This document shows, one piece after another, positions 11,501-22,893 of a stretch of DNA of 64,000 nt. Source of the stretch: Squalus acanthias (lineage: Eukaryota); contig CM059425.1 of NCBI GenBank assembly GCA_030390025.1, positions 176,082,001 to 176,146,000 on the forward strand. Reading direction: 5' to 3'. Each line of letters begins with the position of its first letter. Within the stretch, counting starts at the first letter, position 1. The notes below the pieces were generated by a model. It was not told where the DNA came from, did not search any database, and saw only the letters and a program-made list of their open reading frames with translations. A program made the position numbers and the translations under genes.

Positions 11501-12546
11501 CTTCGACTCGCAACACTTATCTATTAACAATGGTTGATGAGTATTCTCGTTTTCCGTTTGCCTTTCCCTGCCCCAATATGCTGACAACCACGGTTATCAG
11601 CTGCCTTGAACAGGTATTTGCTTTCTGTGGCATGGCATCCTATGTTCATTCAGATCGGGGCCCTTCTTTTATGTCGGGAGAACTCAAGGCCTATCTCTCG
11701 GAACGGGGTATTGCTGCCAGCAAAACGACGCCTTATCATCCGGTTGGGAATGGGCAAGTCGAGCGTTTTAACGCTATCATCTGGAATGCGGTACGTCTGG
11801 CTTTGAGATCTCGGGGCCTACCCAACCAGCATTGGGAAGCAGTACTTCCAGACGCATTACACTCCACACGGTCCCTCCTTTCGACCGCCACAAATACGAC
11901 GCCTCATGAACGGTTCTTCCGATTTCAGCGTCGCTCATCCTATGGGACATCTCTCCCGTCGTGGCTGACTGCACCGGGACCAGTGCTACTCCGAAGATAT
12001 GTCCGGGCGTCTAAGAATGACCCTCTGGTAGATGAGGTTGAGCTCACTGACGTCAACCCTACCTACGCCTATATTCGGTATCCTGACGGTCGGGAATCTA
12101 CCGTGTCATTGCGGGATCTGGCTCCCTGCCCGCCGAAACATAGAGGGACATCAGGGGATGATATTGTACCAGGCACATCTCTGGGCTTGCCAGGTGCCTC
12201 TCATCATGATCGGGATCTGACGCCGGCTGGTACCTCACTCCAGCGTGCCGACCTGGGGCAGACTGACTATGAGCCCGTCGGGGCTCGCACGCGCAGCCAC
12301 GATCAACCCTGTACCGTACGCTCAGAAACGGATCTGCCACAGCCCTGCCCGACACCCATTCGGGTACCAGTACACGGTCAGGATCGTTCTGACCCCTCAC
12401 AGAGCGGGCTGGAGCACTCGGACTCTGGTCCATGGCCCGCAGCGGGTAAACGGGCTAGGGGCCCTCTACCGCTACGAGAACCCAAACGGGTGCGGCTCTC
12501 CCTCATCCAACGGCTACGAAATGGAGGGAGCATCCCGGCCTCCTAA
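8590..12546 (+). CDS. Gag-Pol polyprotein, 1318 aa (two zinc knuckles, protease, RT, RNase H, integrase)
   Basis: CFFCGDEFHPRRFC and CSHCNKKGHFVKVC knuckles; LIDSGS protease; LPFG and YLDN in RT; ECDAS RNase H; HHCC plus IDFKGP/SDRG/ERFN integrase. Confidence 0.96.
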   Translation: MENILKPSRLDLDPNTPAAGKVWKHWYRTFENFLEYCKADDNSKLRILINCVTPNVFQYVEDWDSYEEAIQTLKRLYTKTPNEVYARHLLATAQQGPEESIDKFLQELRRLSMDCNFRAASAELYREEMIRDAFICGLASPFIRQRLLESKTLELQRAYDLACSLDLAKRNADLFTVPRPRSAALTTVRQFKRPQVNSIREDFIPDDRSDDFTDEEDDDPTVAASWQSKKCFFCGDEFHPRRFCPARNAFCSHCNKKGHFVKVCLSRASTRAYQAKSYRTAPVRAYQDVPTKNYRASSRVFSRRNTPRISATLCATTPITAACPQNLFHAATKASINGHTLDALIDSGSTDSFIREQTVAQLKLHVFPSDQAVAMAQSSLNTRISGFCVVEIMLKGHRYPSTRLSVLKDLCSDLILGLDFQKQHKKLTIEFGGSKPELTISNIRPRLPFCALSAASLDEPSLFASIPPRCKPIITKSRRFSQEDQSFIAAEISRLLAENIIEPCSSPWRAQVVIVKNPLQPHKKRLCIDYSQTINQYTDLDAYPLPRIDDMVNKLAEYTVFSTYDLKSAYHQVPLKVSDKQYTAFEANGRLYQFRRLPFGVTNGVAVFQRAMDDLVKQEDLKDTFPYLDNITVAGRNQQEHDANLQRFWDALQHRNLTLNAAKSIESQPTINILGYCVGNGIIKPDPERLRPLQELPPPKNPASLRRALGLFAYYAKWIPNFSDRIQPLLKASIFPLDTTAVAAFNLLKKQLEKAALHSIDESLPFVVECDASEVAISATLNQEGRPVAFLSRTFQGAELHYPPVEKEATAIIEAVRKWSHLLARQHFTLITDQRSVAFMLDNRKRTKIKNNKIQLWRLELASFGYTIHYRPGKENVAPDTLTRAFCSAMAPSTLVDIHDGLCHPGVTRMLHFVRSRNLPFSTGDVKKMCSDCRVCAELKPRFFRPSGGILIHATQPMQRLSIDFKGPLPSSTRNTYLLTMVDEYSRFPFAFPCPNMLTTTVISCLEQVFAFCGMASYVHSDRGPSFMSGELKAYLSERGIAASKTTPYHPVGNGQVERFNAIIWNAVRLALRSRGLPNQHWEAVLPDALHSTRSLLSTATNTTPHERFFRFQRRSSYGTSLPSWLTAPGPVLLRRYVRASKNDPLVDEVELTDVNPTYAYIRYPDGRESTVSLRDLAPCPPKHRGTSGDDIVPGTSLGLPGASHHDRDLTPAGTSLQRADLGQTDYEPVGARTRSHDQPCTVRSETDLPQPCPTPIRVPVHGQDRSDPSQSGLEHSDSGPWPAAGKRARGPLPLREPKRVRLSLIQRLRNGGSIPAS

Positions 12547-12564
12547 TCTTTTGGGGGGGGAGAA

Positions 12565-12747
12565 TGTGGTAACACTTTTCAGCTTCCTGTATGACATCAC
12601 TTCCTGTAATCAGTCCAGGATAAATACTGGACTGATCAGTTAGCTCTGGAAGAGGCATAGGGTAAGACCTCTTTTGTATGCAGCACCGTTTTAAGTTGAT
12701 TAAAGCTTACATTAAGTTTACCACGCGTAAGGCTCATTCTTACGACA
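12565..12747 (+). repeat. 3' LTR (183 bp)
   Basis: Same sequence as the 5' LTR; preceded by the polypurine tract. Confidence 0.97.
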
Positions 12748-15266
12748 GACTGCTTCATTATCTGAGGAGTTGTGAATGGAACTGAACACTGTGCAATCAT
12801 CAGCGAACATCCCCACTTCTGACCTTATGATGGAGGGAAGGTCATTGATGAAGCAGCTGAAGATGGTTGGGCCTAGGACATTGCCCTGAGGAACTCCTGG
12901 AGCGATGTCCTGGGGCTGAGATGATTGGCCTCCAACCACCACAACCATCTTCATTTTTACTAGGTATGACTCAAGCCAGTGGAGAGTTTTTCTCCTGATT
13001 CCTCTGACTTCAATTTTACTAGGGCTCCTTTATGCCACACTTGGTCAAATGCTGCCTTGATGTCAAGGGCAGTCACTCTCACCTCACCACTGGAATTCAG
13101 TTCTTTAGTCCATGTTTGGACCAAGGCTGTAATGAGGTCTGGAGGCGAGTGGTACTGGCGGAACCCAAACTGAGCAGGTTATTGGTGAGTAAGTGCTGTT
13201 TGATAACACTGTCAACGACACCTTCCATCACTTTGCTGATGATTGAGAGCAGACTGATGGGGCGGTAAGTGGCCGGATTGGATTTTTCCTGCTTTTGTGG
13301 ACAGGACATACCTGGGCAATTTTCCACATTATCGGGTCGATGCCAGTATTGTAGCTGTACCGGAACAACTTGGCTGGAGGCGCAGCTAGTTCTGGAGCAC
13401 AAGTCTTCAGCACTACAGCCAGGATGTTGTCGGGGCCCATAGCCTTTGCTGTATCCAGTGCGCGCAGCCATTTCTTGATATGACGTGGAGTGAATTGAAT
13501 TGGCTGAAGACTGGCTTCTGTGATGGTGGGGATTTCAGAAGGAGACCGAGATGGATCATCCATGAAGATGATTGCAAATGCTTCAGCCTTGTCTTTTGCA
13601 CTCACGTGCTGGGCTCTGCCATCATTGAGGAAGAGGATGTTCAAGGAGCCTTCTCCTCCGTTCGTTGTTTAATTCTCCACAACCATTCACGACTGGATGT
13701 GGCAGGACTGCAGAGCTTTGATCTGATCCGTTGATTATGGGATCGCTTAGCCCTGTCTATAGCATGCTGCTTCCGCTGTTTAGCATGTATGTAGTCCTGT
13801 GTTGTAGCTTCACCAGGTTGGCACCTCATTTTTAGGTACACCTGATGCTGCACCTGGCATGCTCTTCTACGCTCCTCATTGATCCAGGGTTGATCCCCTG
13901 GCTTGATTGTAATGGTAGAGTGAGGGATACGCTGGGCCATGATTGTGGTGGAATACAATTCTGCTGCTGCTGGTGGCCCACAGTGCCTCATGGATGTCCA
14001 GTTTTGAGCTGCTAGATCTGTTCTGAACCTATCCCATTTAGCACGGAGGTAGTGCCACACAACACGATGGAGGGTGTCCACAAGGACTGTGCTGTGTTCA
14101 CTCCGATCAATACTGTCATGGACAGATGCATCTGCGATAGCTAGGTAGGTGAGGACGAGGTCATGTATGTTGCCCCACTAGGAGCACATTTCAGGCACCA
14201 GCCAGAGGGAAGAGGCCACGAAATGCAGTGGAGGGTCGCTTATCCAAGGGTGCCAGAGGCCTCTCCCAGAAAGATAAATTACACCTTTCACCTATAGACC
14301 AATCATAAGGGGGCCAAAAACATGCTCTAATTCTTAAGATCTTTGGGGGACAAGACCTGCCTCCTCCTGGTTGGCCTCACTTGCACCGGCTGGTATGTCA
14401 GTACACCAGCCCTCATTCAACGCAGCAGCCCACTGCTCTTCTGCCAGGCCAGAATGAGGAAACTTTTAGCCTGTGGCCGACAGAGGCCTTCTGACAACTG
14501 GTGGGGAATGCAGTATCCAGGTCCCAACCTAATTTCTAGCCCTTCTACTCCACTCCCACCAGATGTTTGCAAGGGTTGAGCCAGAAGGGCTGACAATTAC
14601 TGCCCCCACATTGTTGAAACTCCTCATCTGGGCTTCACACTGCATAAAGCTATAGCATCATTGGCGTTTGCCAGCCCAATGCTAATCAGGTACCATACCC
14701 CTGACTCTGCATACATCAGTGCTGGGATCACTGTCCATGGAATTTCTGACTCTCTGGCTTAGATTTTCTTCTTCATTGCATTTAGTGCTAAAATAGCACC
14801 AAGAGTGCACTTTCAATAGCTCTAGTGCCCCAACTATGAACATTCACAATTATCCTTGGTCCAACACCTTGCATGATTATGGTTGGGCTGCCAAAGCTAT
14901 TTTAACCCTCTATTTGTAGCCAGCCTCTGGGTGGGAGGAAAATCTGCTACAGTTTCAGCATTTAAATGGCGACATCAGCAAGAAGTCCCAGGGATCCATT
15001 TTAAGTGATGCAAAGCTGAAGAAGAAGCAAAGATGTCATAGTCTGGATCCTCAGGGTACAGAGCTCCCAAGTTTACAGAGCCCTCATGAAGGGTATTATT
15101 GGTGGAGATAAGGAGAAGGGCTCTTTGAACCGAGAACAAAAAAAACAGCAAAATCGGCAATTCAGGCACAGTGGAAAGAAGTGGCAGAGGCCATTAGTGT
15201 CACCTCTAGAACCTTACGCACAGCAGGTCAATGTTGTCAAAAGGTTAATGACCTCACCAGGTCAGC

Positions 15267-17346
15267 TGTAAGGGTTTCTGACCCGTGTGGCTCTGTGCTC
15301 AGCCTGGGTGCTAGTGCGAGGTTAGGCCTTGTTGCCTGTTCTGGTCTCCAGCCAGTCTGGGAGCACTAGACACCTGTGAGTGGTTCGACCCACTCGCCCT
15401 TACGGTTCTGACACTGGACTTAGGTGCGAGAGCAATAATGGAGAGAAAACTCAGGTAGACCCGGTTGAATGGTACGAAATGGAAAATCTTTATTGCATAT
15501 TATTCAAGATTACGAAATACATGTCATAAGCACAGATTAATGACAGTACAATCTTACACGCAGTTATGTAACTAATTTCAGGGAAACGAGGAACGAACGA
15601 CACATCGTAAATGGGGGCACACATTACAGTTATCCTTAAAACTTAAACCCTCCCCTATCAATACCTGCTCTAAACTAGATTTGTAGGATCGAGACTCATG
15701 CTCACCACTCGTGATAACTCGGAGAATTCCGAAAACTCTGATCGGATGTTTTTCAACGCAGCACCTGATCACCCACGTGTTGATCAGGGGTCTCTGTACC
15801 CCACTTGTTTACTCGTTTCTGCTCCAGCTAGCAGGCTGGACCGTCTGCTGTCATGAAGATCTGTGTTGTCCTCGGAGTTCCGACTCTACTCAAAGAAGAG
15901 TCTTCCTGTGCCCTCGCACGGATGCGATAAAATTCGAAGAATAGTCTTCCGATGCCAGTTGGGTAGCAGTTACCGATTTATCGAGCGCGGTCGGGGCTTA
16001 CTGACCGTAACGATATGTATTGTCGTCTTCTTCTCTTCTCATCTCATCTCATCTCATCTCATCTCATCTCATCTCGGGCCTTCGGTGCCAACACCGTTTA
16101 CCGACTTCTCGGGATGGTGTGCCCGTCTCAAGGCTTCACAGCCCAGTTCCACACAGATCTTCGCGGCAAGCCACGAGGCTGATCCTGGCGGATCGTAAAG
16201 TTCAACAGTCTTTAAAAGCTGCAAGAGGCAGAGACACGAGGCAAGCGGCAAGGAGTCGAAAGGATAAGAGAAAGATGGACGGTTGCAGCTTACAGTTATA
16301 GTGCGAACACTCTTCTTTTCCCGCCCAACCTTAATGTCTTTTCTTTTGTTAGGGTTTTGGCGCTCAAATTTCTTGTATAGGGTGATCTCCGTTTTAATGG
16401 GTTTCGGGGATACTCGTAACTGTCTGAGTACCTGTTAATACTTTTCCAATGTGTAACCGGTCGGTATTCTCCCTGGAGGGGTTTTGGGGCTTCCAAATGT
16501 TTTCTGTAACTACCCGCAAACGGCTCTCTCATCGTAGAGTCGTGGGGATTTTGCATATTAATGTCTTTGGATGGGTTCTTGATCGCTTGGTACAATAGCC
16601 CTTATTCGCACCTGGGAGACCGATTCCAGTATTTATGTGTATACTGCAAACCCATAATGTCTCGTGTATTATCTCAAATGTGCTGAGTCTTGATCGATCT
16701 CGCACAAATGTTTATTGGAACGCCATCTTGTCTGCTTATCGAAAAGTCTAGAATGTTCTGCCACGAGGCGTGGCGGCCATTTTACAGGCTGCTTGTGTCC
16801 ACTTTGAAAACCTGACAGCATTAACATAGAAACATAGAAACATAGAAACATAGAATCTAGGAGCAGGAGTAGGCCATTCGGCCCGTCGAGCCTGCTCCGC
16901 CATTCAATACGATCATGGCTGATCATCCAAATCCAGTACCCTGTCCCTGCTTTAATCCCCACAGTACACATATCCCACCCTACCCCCGTAACCCCACGTA
17001 TTTAATTCCCCCTAACATATCCCATCCTATCCCCATAACCCCACATATTTAATCCCCCCTAACACTAAGGGTCAATTTATCATAGCCAAATCAACCTAAC
17101 CCACACATTTTTGGACTGTGGGAGGAAACCGGAGCACCCGGAGGAAACCCACGCAGACACGGGGAGAATGTGCAAACTCCACACAGACAGTCACCCGAGG
17201 TCAGATTCGAACCCGGGTCTCTGGCGCTGTGAGGCACCAGTGCTAACCACTATGCCACCGTGTTGCCCTGCTGAAATAAAGCTGTTTGAACGAAACTATG
17301 TGTTTTCTCCTTATTTATAAAATCGCGATATATTGCGAATTCTACA
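15267..17346 (-). mobile_element. Solo LTR (about 1.6 kb plus a nested SINE)
   Basis: TGTAAG...TCTACA termini; TSD CAGC at 15263-15266 and 17347-17350; AATAAA on the minus strand near 15490; (TCTCA)n at about 16037-16074. Confidence 0.8.
16824..17268 (-). mobile_element. HE1-type V-SINE (tRNA head, V-domain, CR1/HER1-like 3' tail)
   Basis: Minus strand: box A GGTGGCATAGTGG, box B GGTTCGAATC, V-domain TGTGTGGAGTTTGCACATTCTCCCCGTGTCTGCGTGGGTTTCCTCCGG; tail shared with the local CR1 3'UTRs, ending (TTCTATGT)n. Confidence 0.92.
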
Positions 17347-17475
17347 CAGCCAAGGTAAGAGGGCTAGCGTTAATAATTTTCAGTGCCATGGTTGAATGCT
17401 TGAGCACTTGTGTCATCCGCCGTGTCCTCCCAGTATTCCACACCATGTTTTACTTCCCTGAAAAAATTTATTAGT

Positions 17476-18272
17476 TTATGGGATGTGGGCGTCGCTGGCA
17501 AGGCCAGCCTTTATTGCCCATCCTTAGTTGCCCTTGAGAAGGTGGTGGTGAGCCGCCTTCTTGAACCGCTGCAGTCCATGTGGTGAAGGTACTCCCACAG
17601 TGCTGTTAGGTAGGGAGTTCCAGGATTTTGACCCAGTGACGATGAAGGATCAGCGATATACTTTTAAGTCAGGATGGTGTGTGACTTGGCGGAAAACTTG
17701 GAGGTGGTGGTGTTCCCATGCGCCTGCTGCCCTTGTCATTCGAGGTGGAGGAGGTCGCAGGTTTGAGAGGTGCTGCCGAAGAAGCCTTGACGAGTTGCTG
17801 CAGTGCATCTTGTAGAAGGTATACACTGCAGCCATGGTACACCGGTGGTGGAGGGAGTGAATGTTTAAGGTGGTGGATGGGGTGCCAATCAAGCAGGCTG
17901 CTTTGTCCTGGATGGTGTCGAGCTTCTTGAGTGTTGTTGGAGCTACACTCATCCAGGCAAGTGGAGAGTATTCCATCACACTCCTTACTTGTGCCTTGTA
18001 GATGGTGGAAAGGCTCTGGGGAGTCAGGAGGTGAGACACTCGCCGCAGAATACCTAGCCTCTGACCTGCTCTTGTTGCCACAGTATTTATATGGCTGGTC
18101 AGTTAAGTTTCCGGTCAATGGTGACCCCCCCAGGATGTTGATGGTGCGTGATTCGGCGATGGTAATGCTGTTGAATGTCAAGGGCCGGTGGTTAGACTCT
18201 CGCTTGTTGGAGATAGTCATTGCCTGGCACTTCTGTCGTGCGAATGTTATCTGCCACTTATCAGCCCAAGCC
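17476..18272 (-). mobile_element. CR1-group LINE 3' fragment (same family as 7524-14165)
   Basis: RAGQRLGILRRV...IYKAQVRSVMEYSPLAW. Confidence 0.9.
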
Positions 18273-20068
18273 TTCCCCAAGGAAGCACAAGACTCTTCAC
18301 AACTTATTCCTTTCTCAGAAAATATTCCGCAATCCACACCATCACATGCACAAAAGATGTGAAAGTCTCACAAATGTCTTAGGTTCAATCGTGCATTCTA
18401 ATCACACCCATTAAATAATTCTCACTAGCATCTAGGTTTCACTCCTAGTGACTGACAGGCAAGGTGCATTCACATCTTGAACCTCTTTCTCGAAGGGGAG
18501 GACAATACAATACAGGGGAGTGCCACTGAGCGAAGATCTCCCAAACCTGCAGGTCCTCAACCTCTCTGAAGAGGGAGCCCTGGAGCCTCTGGGCAGACAG
18601 ATAGGGGAATCCATGGGAGGCAGATACGTAGCTGTCGGTTGATCAGGGAAGTATTTGTATCAGATCAACTCCTATCACCCAATTGTAATCTCAGCATTAA
18701 TAACTGTCAGGTTTAAACTCTTCAATTTATTTGGAAATTGCTTTTGACATGTTCCATTTACAGCATGTATGCCGACCTCTTGTCTTTTTACTTTCTACGA
18801 GGTGAACGTCAGTAACAGCAGGAGGAGCAGCTGCCACAGCAACCAGGGCCCTCGTCTTCTCTCCCACCTACAATCACCTCAGCTACTGTGTACTTACTAT
18901 GTACTGTGTCATTGCTTTCCTCTATACCAGGCTTCAGCTAAGTGACAACCACTCATTCGGGATTATTTAGTGTTAGTGATGTGAATCACATGGTGTGGTA
19001 GAGAGCATGAGTGGTGAACAGGATGACAACATTGTCAATGATGGGGCATCTGTAGTGCGCAGAAGAGACAGTAGATTCTTGCCCTCAGCTGAGAAGCCAT
19101 AGCACCCAGATCTCAGAGATCCAGTAGTTAAAAGAAGAATGTTTTAAGAACATCTAAGCCATGTTAAGGTTGTCAATGAGACATTCAGGAAAATATTTTA
19201 GCTGTTGGCTCAGAGGGAAGAGTCCACTAGCTGCATCTGTCTGTTGTGATGGATATCTGTACAGACCTGCAGTTCAGAATGGACCATGTGACAGCTTCCA
19301 GGCAGCGCGCGGCATGATAATGTGCCTGGTATCACATACAATCTGCACATTCAGTGAGTTTTGGGAAGGACCCGACCAGTGAGCTGCATCGGGACACTTA
19401 ATTAGCATCCGTAGCTCGGATGGATCCATTATAGAGATGGATCGAGACTTGCGCCTCCATCTTTGAGCAATTGTTCTAGACACGCCTCCCACTAAACTGG
19501 CGCAAAACCAATTTCTCCCCCAATATCTCTAGGTCTGTTTCAAACCAGTGATGACTAATCAATATTCACAACTTTACATGCATAGCCTCTCAGTTCCTTA
19601 TTCATTAAATATGCCTCTACATGGAAACTGCTGAAGTGCAGACAGACATTTGAGCCTTGAAATTACACTGTGGAAATATTGGGTTGCCTTTTGTGGTCAG
19701 AGGTGAACAAATGGCATCAGCCGTTCATTATACTTGCAATTGTCCACAGACTTTCTATGGGCTATAACACTGGAAACTCCTGTCAGCCAACTAGCCAAAA
19801 AATACAGCGCCCTCTACAGAGCATCTGGGAACTGTGTGAACAGAGCAAGCAACCAATCAGATTGAAGAATCGTTAATGCACAGCACAGAGTCTGAACCAG
19901 GAAGTGTCAGTTAGAATGCTAGTTAATGCTGAATATTCTAATCTGTTACATCTTAACATACTGTCACCATTAGGGATCATTTAGTGTTAGTAATGGCACA
20001 TTTCGTACTTGTGAGTATAGGAACAGGAAGATAGTGCAGGTGTGGCTGGAGAAGTGGTGCAGAATGCA

Positions 20069-21405
20069 ATAACTGGGCACTTAGAAACTAATAGTAAGAT
20101 TGGGCAGAGTCAACCTGGATTTATGAAAGAGAAATCCTGTTTGACAAACCTATTGGAGTTCTTTGAGGATGTAACTAGTGGAGTCGACAAAGGGGAACCG
20201 GTAGATGTGGTGTATCTGGATTTTCAGAAGGCCTTCGATAAGGTCCCACACAAGAGGTTGGTGAACAAAATTAGGGCACATGGAATTGGGGGTAATATAC
20301 TAGCATGGATTGAGAATTGGTTAACAGACAGAAAACAAAGAGTAGGGATAAACGGGTCTTTTTCAGGATGGCAGGCTGTGACTGGTGGGGTACCGCAAGG
20401 ATCGGTGCTTGGGCCCCAGCTATTCACAATCTATAGCAATGATTTGGATGAGGGGACTAAATGTAACATTTCCAAATTTGCTGATGATACAAAGCTAGGT
20501 GGCAGTGTCAGTTGTGAAGAGGATGTGAAGAGGCTTCAAGGGGATCTCAACAGGCTCAGTGAGTAGGCGAGAACATGGCAGATGGAATATAATGTGGATA
20601 AATGTGAAGTTATCCATTTTGGTAGAAAAAACAGAAAGGCAGAGTATTTCCTAAATGGTGAAAGATTGGGGAATGCAGATGCTCAAAGGGACCTGGGTAT
20701 CCTTGTACACGAGTCACTGAAAGTGAATGTGCAGGTGCAGCAAGCCATTAGGAAGGCAAATGGTATGCTGGCCTTCATTACAAGAGGATTTGAGTACAGG
20801 AGTAAAGAAGTCTTACTCCAATTATATAGGGCCTTGGTGAGATCACATGGAGTACTGTGTACAATTTTGGTCTCCTTACCTAAGGAAGGATATACTTGCC
20901 ATAGAGGGAGTGCAACGAAGGTTCACGAGATTGATTCCTGGGATGGCGGGACTGTCGTATGAGAAGAGATTGAGTAAACTAGGCCTGTATTCTCTTGAAT
21001 TCAGAAGAATGAGAGGGGATCTCATTGAAGCATACAAAATTATTACAGGGCTTGATAGGATGGATGCTGGGAAAATGTTTCCCTTGGCCGGGGAGTCTAG
21101 AACCAGGGGCCACAGCCTCAGGATAAAGGGTAGGCCATTCAGGACTGAGATGAGAAGAAATTTCTTCACACAGAGGGTGGTGAATCTTTGGAATTCTCTA
21201 CCCCAGAGGGCTGTGGAGGCTCAGTCATTGGGTATATTCAAAACAGAAGTCGATAGATTTCTGACTAGTAAGGGCATCAAGGGATATGGCGATAGGGCCG
21301 GTGAATGGAGTTGAGGCAGAAGATCAGCCATGATCTCATTGAATGGCGGAGCAGGCTCGAAGGGCCGAATGCCCTACTCCTGCTCCTATTTCTTATGTTC
21401 TTATA
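20069..21405 (+). mobile_element. CR1 (HER1-like) RT and 3' end fragment
   Basis: [28 protein letters not shown]; internal stop and frameshift; 3'UTR tail. Confidence 0.92.
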
Positions 21406-21680
21406 TGAGGGAGGGTTTCAGATTCTTGGGGGATTGGGACTGGTTCTGGGGGAAGGGGCATCTGTACAAGATGGACCGGTTGCACCTGAACAAAGCTGGG
21501 ACCAATGTTCTCACTGAGAGGTTAACTAGTATTGTTGGGGAGGGTTTAAGCTAATTTGGCAGGGTGAGTGGTACCAGAAAATAGCAGAAAGGGCAGCAAT
21601 GAGATCATAGGACAGAGAGATATAAACAGCAGTAAAATTAGAAATATCCCAAAAATTGCAGGGACCAGATTAAAGAAACT
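21406..21680 (+). mobile_element. CR1 ORF1 esterase C-terminal fragment
   Basis: EGFRFLGDWDWFWGKGHLYKMDRLHLNKAGT matches the ORF1 end at about 58170-58300. Confidence 0.8.
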
Positions 21681-21700
21681 AGCAAAAGTGATGAGGGGCC

Positions 21701-22893
21701 GAGATTCTATCTAGGCCCCTCATAATTTTATACACCTCAAAGTCTCCCCTCAGCCTCCTCTGTTCCAAAGAAAACAACCCCAGCCTACCCAATCTTTCCT
21801 CATAGCTAAAATTCCCCAGTTCTGGCAATTTCCTTGTAAATCTCCTCTGTACCCTCTCCAGTGCAATCACATCTTTCCTATAGTGTCTTGACCAGAACTG
21901 TATGCAGTACTCTAGCTGTGGCCTAACAAAGTGTTTTATACAGTTCAAGCATAATCTCCCTTCTCTTATATTCTGTGCCTCAGCTAATAAAGGAAAGTAT
22001 CCCGTATGCCTTCTTAACCACCTTATCTACCTGCTACCTTCAGGGATCTGTGGACATGCACTCCAAGGTCCCTCAGTTCCTCTACACTTCTCAGTATCCT
22101 ACCATTTATTGTGTATTCCCTTGCCTAGTTAGCCCGCCCCAAATGCATTACCTTACCTTCTCTGGATTGAATTCCATTTGCTACTTCTCTGCCCACCTGA
22201 CCAGTCCATTGATATCTTGCTGCAGTCTACAGATTTCTTCCTCACTATCAACCACACAGCCAACTTTTGAATCATCTGTAAACTTTTTAATCATGCCCCT
22301 ACATTGAAGTATAAATCATTGATATATACCACAAGAAGCAAGGAACCTAGTACTGAGCCCTGCGGAACCCCACTTGAAACTGTCTTCCAGTCACAAAAAC
22401 ACCCGTCGACCATTACCCTTTGCTTCCTGCCACTGAGCTAATTTTGGATCGAACTTGCCATTTTCCCTTGGATGCCATGGGCTTTTACTTTTCTGACCAG
22501 TCTGCCATGTGGGACCTTGTCAAAAGCCTTGCTAAAATCCATGTAGAGTACATCAAATGTGTTACCCTCATCGACCCTCCTTGTTACCTCCTCAAAAAAT
22601 TCAATCAAGTTAGTCAGACACACCCTTCCCTTAACAATTCCATACTGACTGTCCTTGATTAATCTGTGCCTTTCTGAATGACGATTAATACTGTCCCTCA
22701 GAATTTTTTCCAATAATTTGCCCACCACCAAGGTTAGGTTGACTGGCCTATGATTACTCAGTTTATCCCTTTCTCCCCTTTTAAGCAACAGTACAACATT
22801 AGCAGTCCTCCAGTCCTCCAGCACCACACCTGTAGCCAGAGAGGATTGGAAAATTGTCAGAACCTCCGTTATTTCCTCCCTTGCTTCCCTTAA
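21701..22893 (-). mobile_element. CR1 RT fragment
   Basis: LEDWRTANV...[13 protein letters not shown]...VRPQLEYC. Confidence 0.88.

Larger units (their letters stand above)
8328..12747 (+). mobile_element. Full-length Ty3/Gypsy LTR retrotransposon (Mag-like architecture), recent insertion
   Basis: TG...CA LTRs at 8328-8510 and 12565-12747, identical by eye; TSD GACTG at 8323-8327 and 12748-12752; PPT GGGGGGGGAGAA at 12553-12564; one intact ORF. Confidence 0.97.
7524..14165 (-). mobile_element. CR1-group LINE (second family), 5'-truncated and split by the Gypsy insertion
   Basis: RT motifs GPDNI, YRPISLLS, GVPQG, MFADD at 12750-14080; C-terminus ILGVTIDQKLNW...IYKTQVR at 7539-8327; ATGA/A-rich tail; sequence is contiguous across the GACTG TSD. 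Confidence 0.88.
15033..17354 (+). pseudogene. Harbinger Myb/SANT exon 1, interrupted by a solo LTR
   Basis: RAPKFTE...QWKEVAEAISVTSRTLRTAGQCCQKVNDLTRS; removing the LTR restores ...RSAK|GTAAGA. Confidence 0.75.

Noticed and set aside
9063..12643. Short overlapping or antisense ORFs in the Gypsy element, or an env gene
   Set aside because: No motifs, and no space between the pol stop (12546) and the PPT.
17195..17268. tRNA gene
   Set aside because: It is the tRNA-derived head of the V-SINE, continuous with the V-domain and tail.
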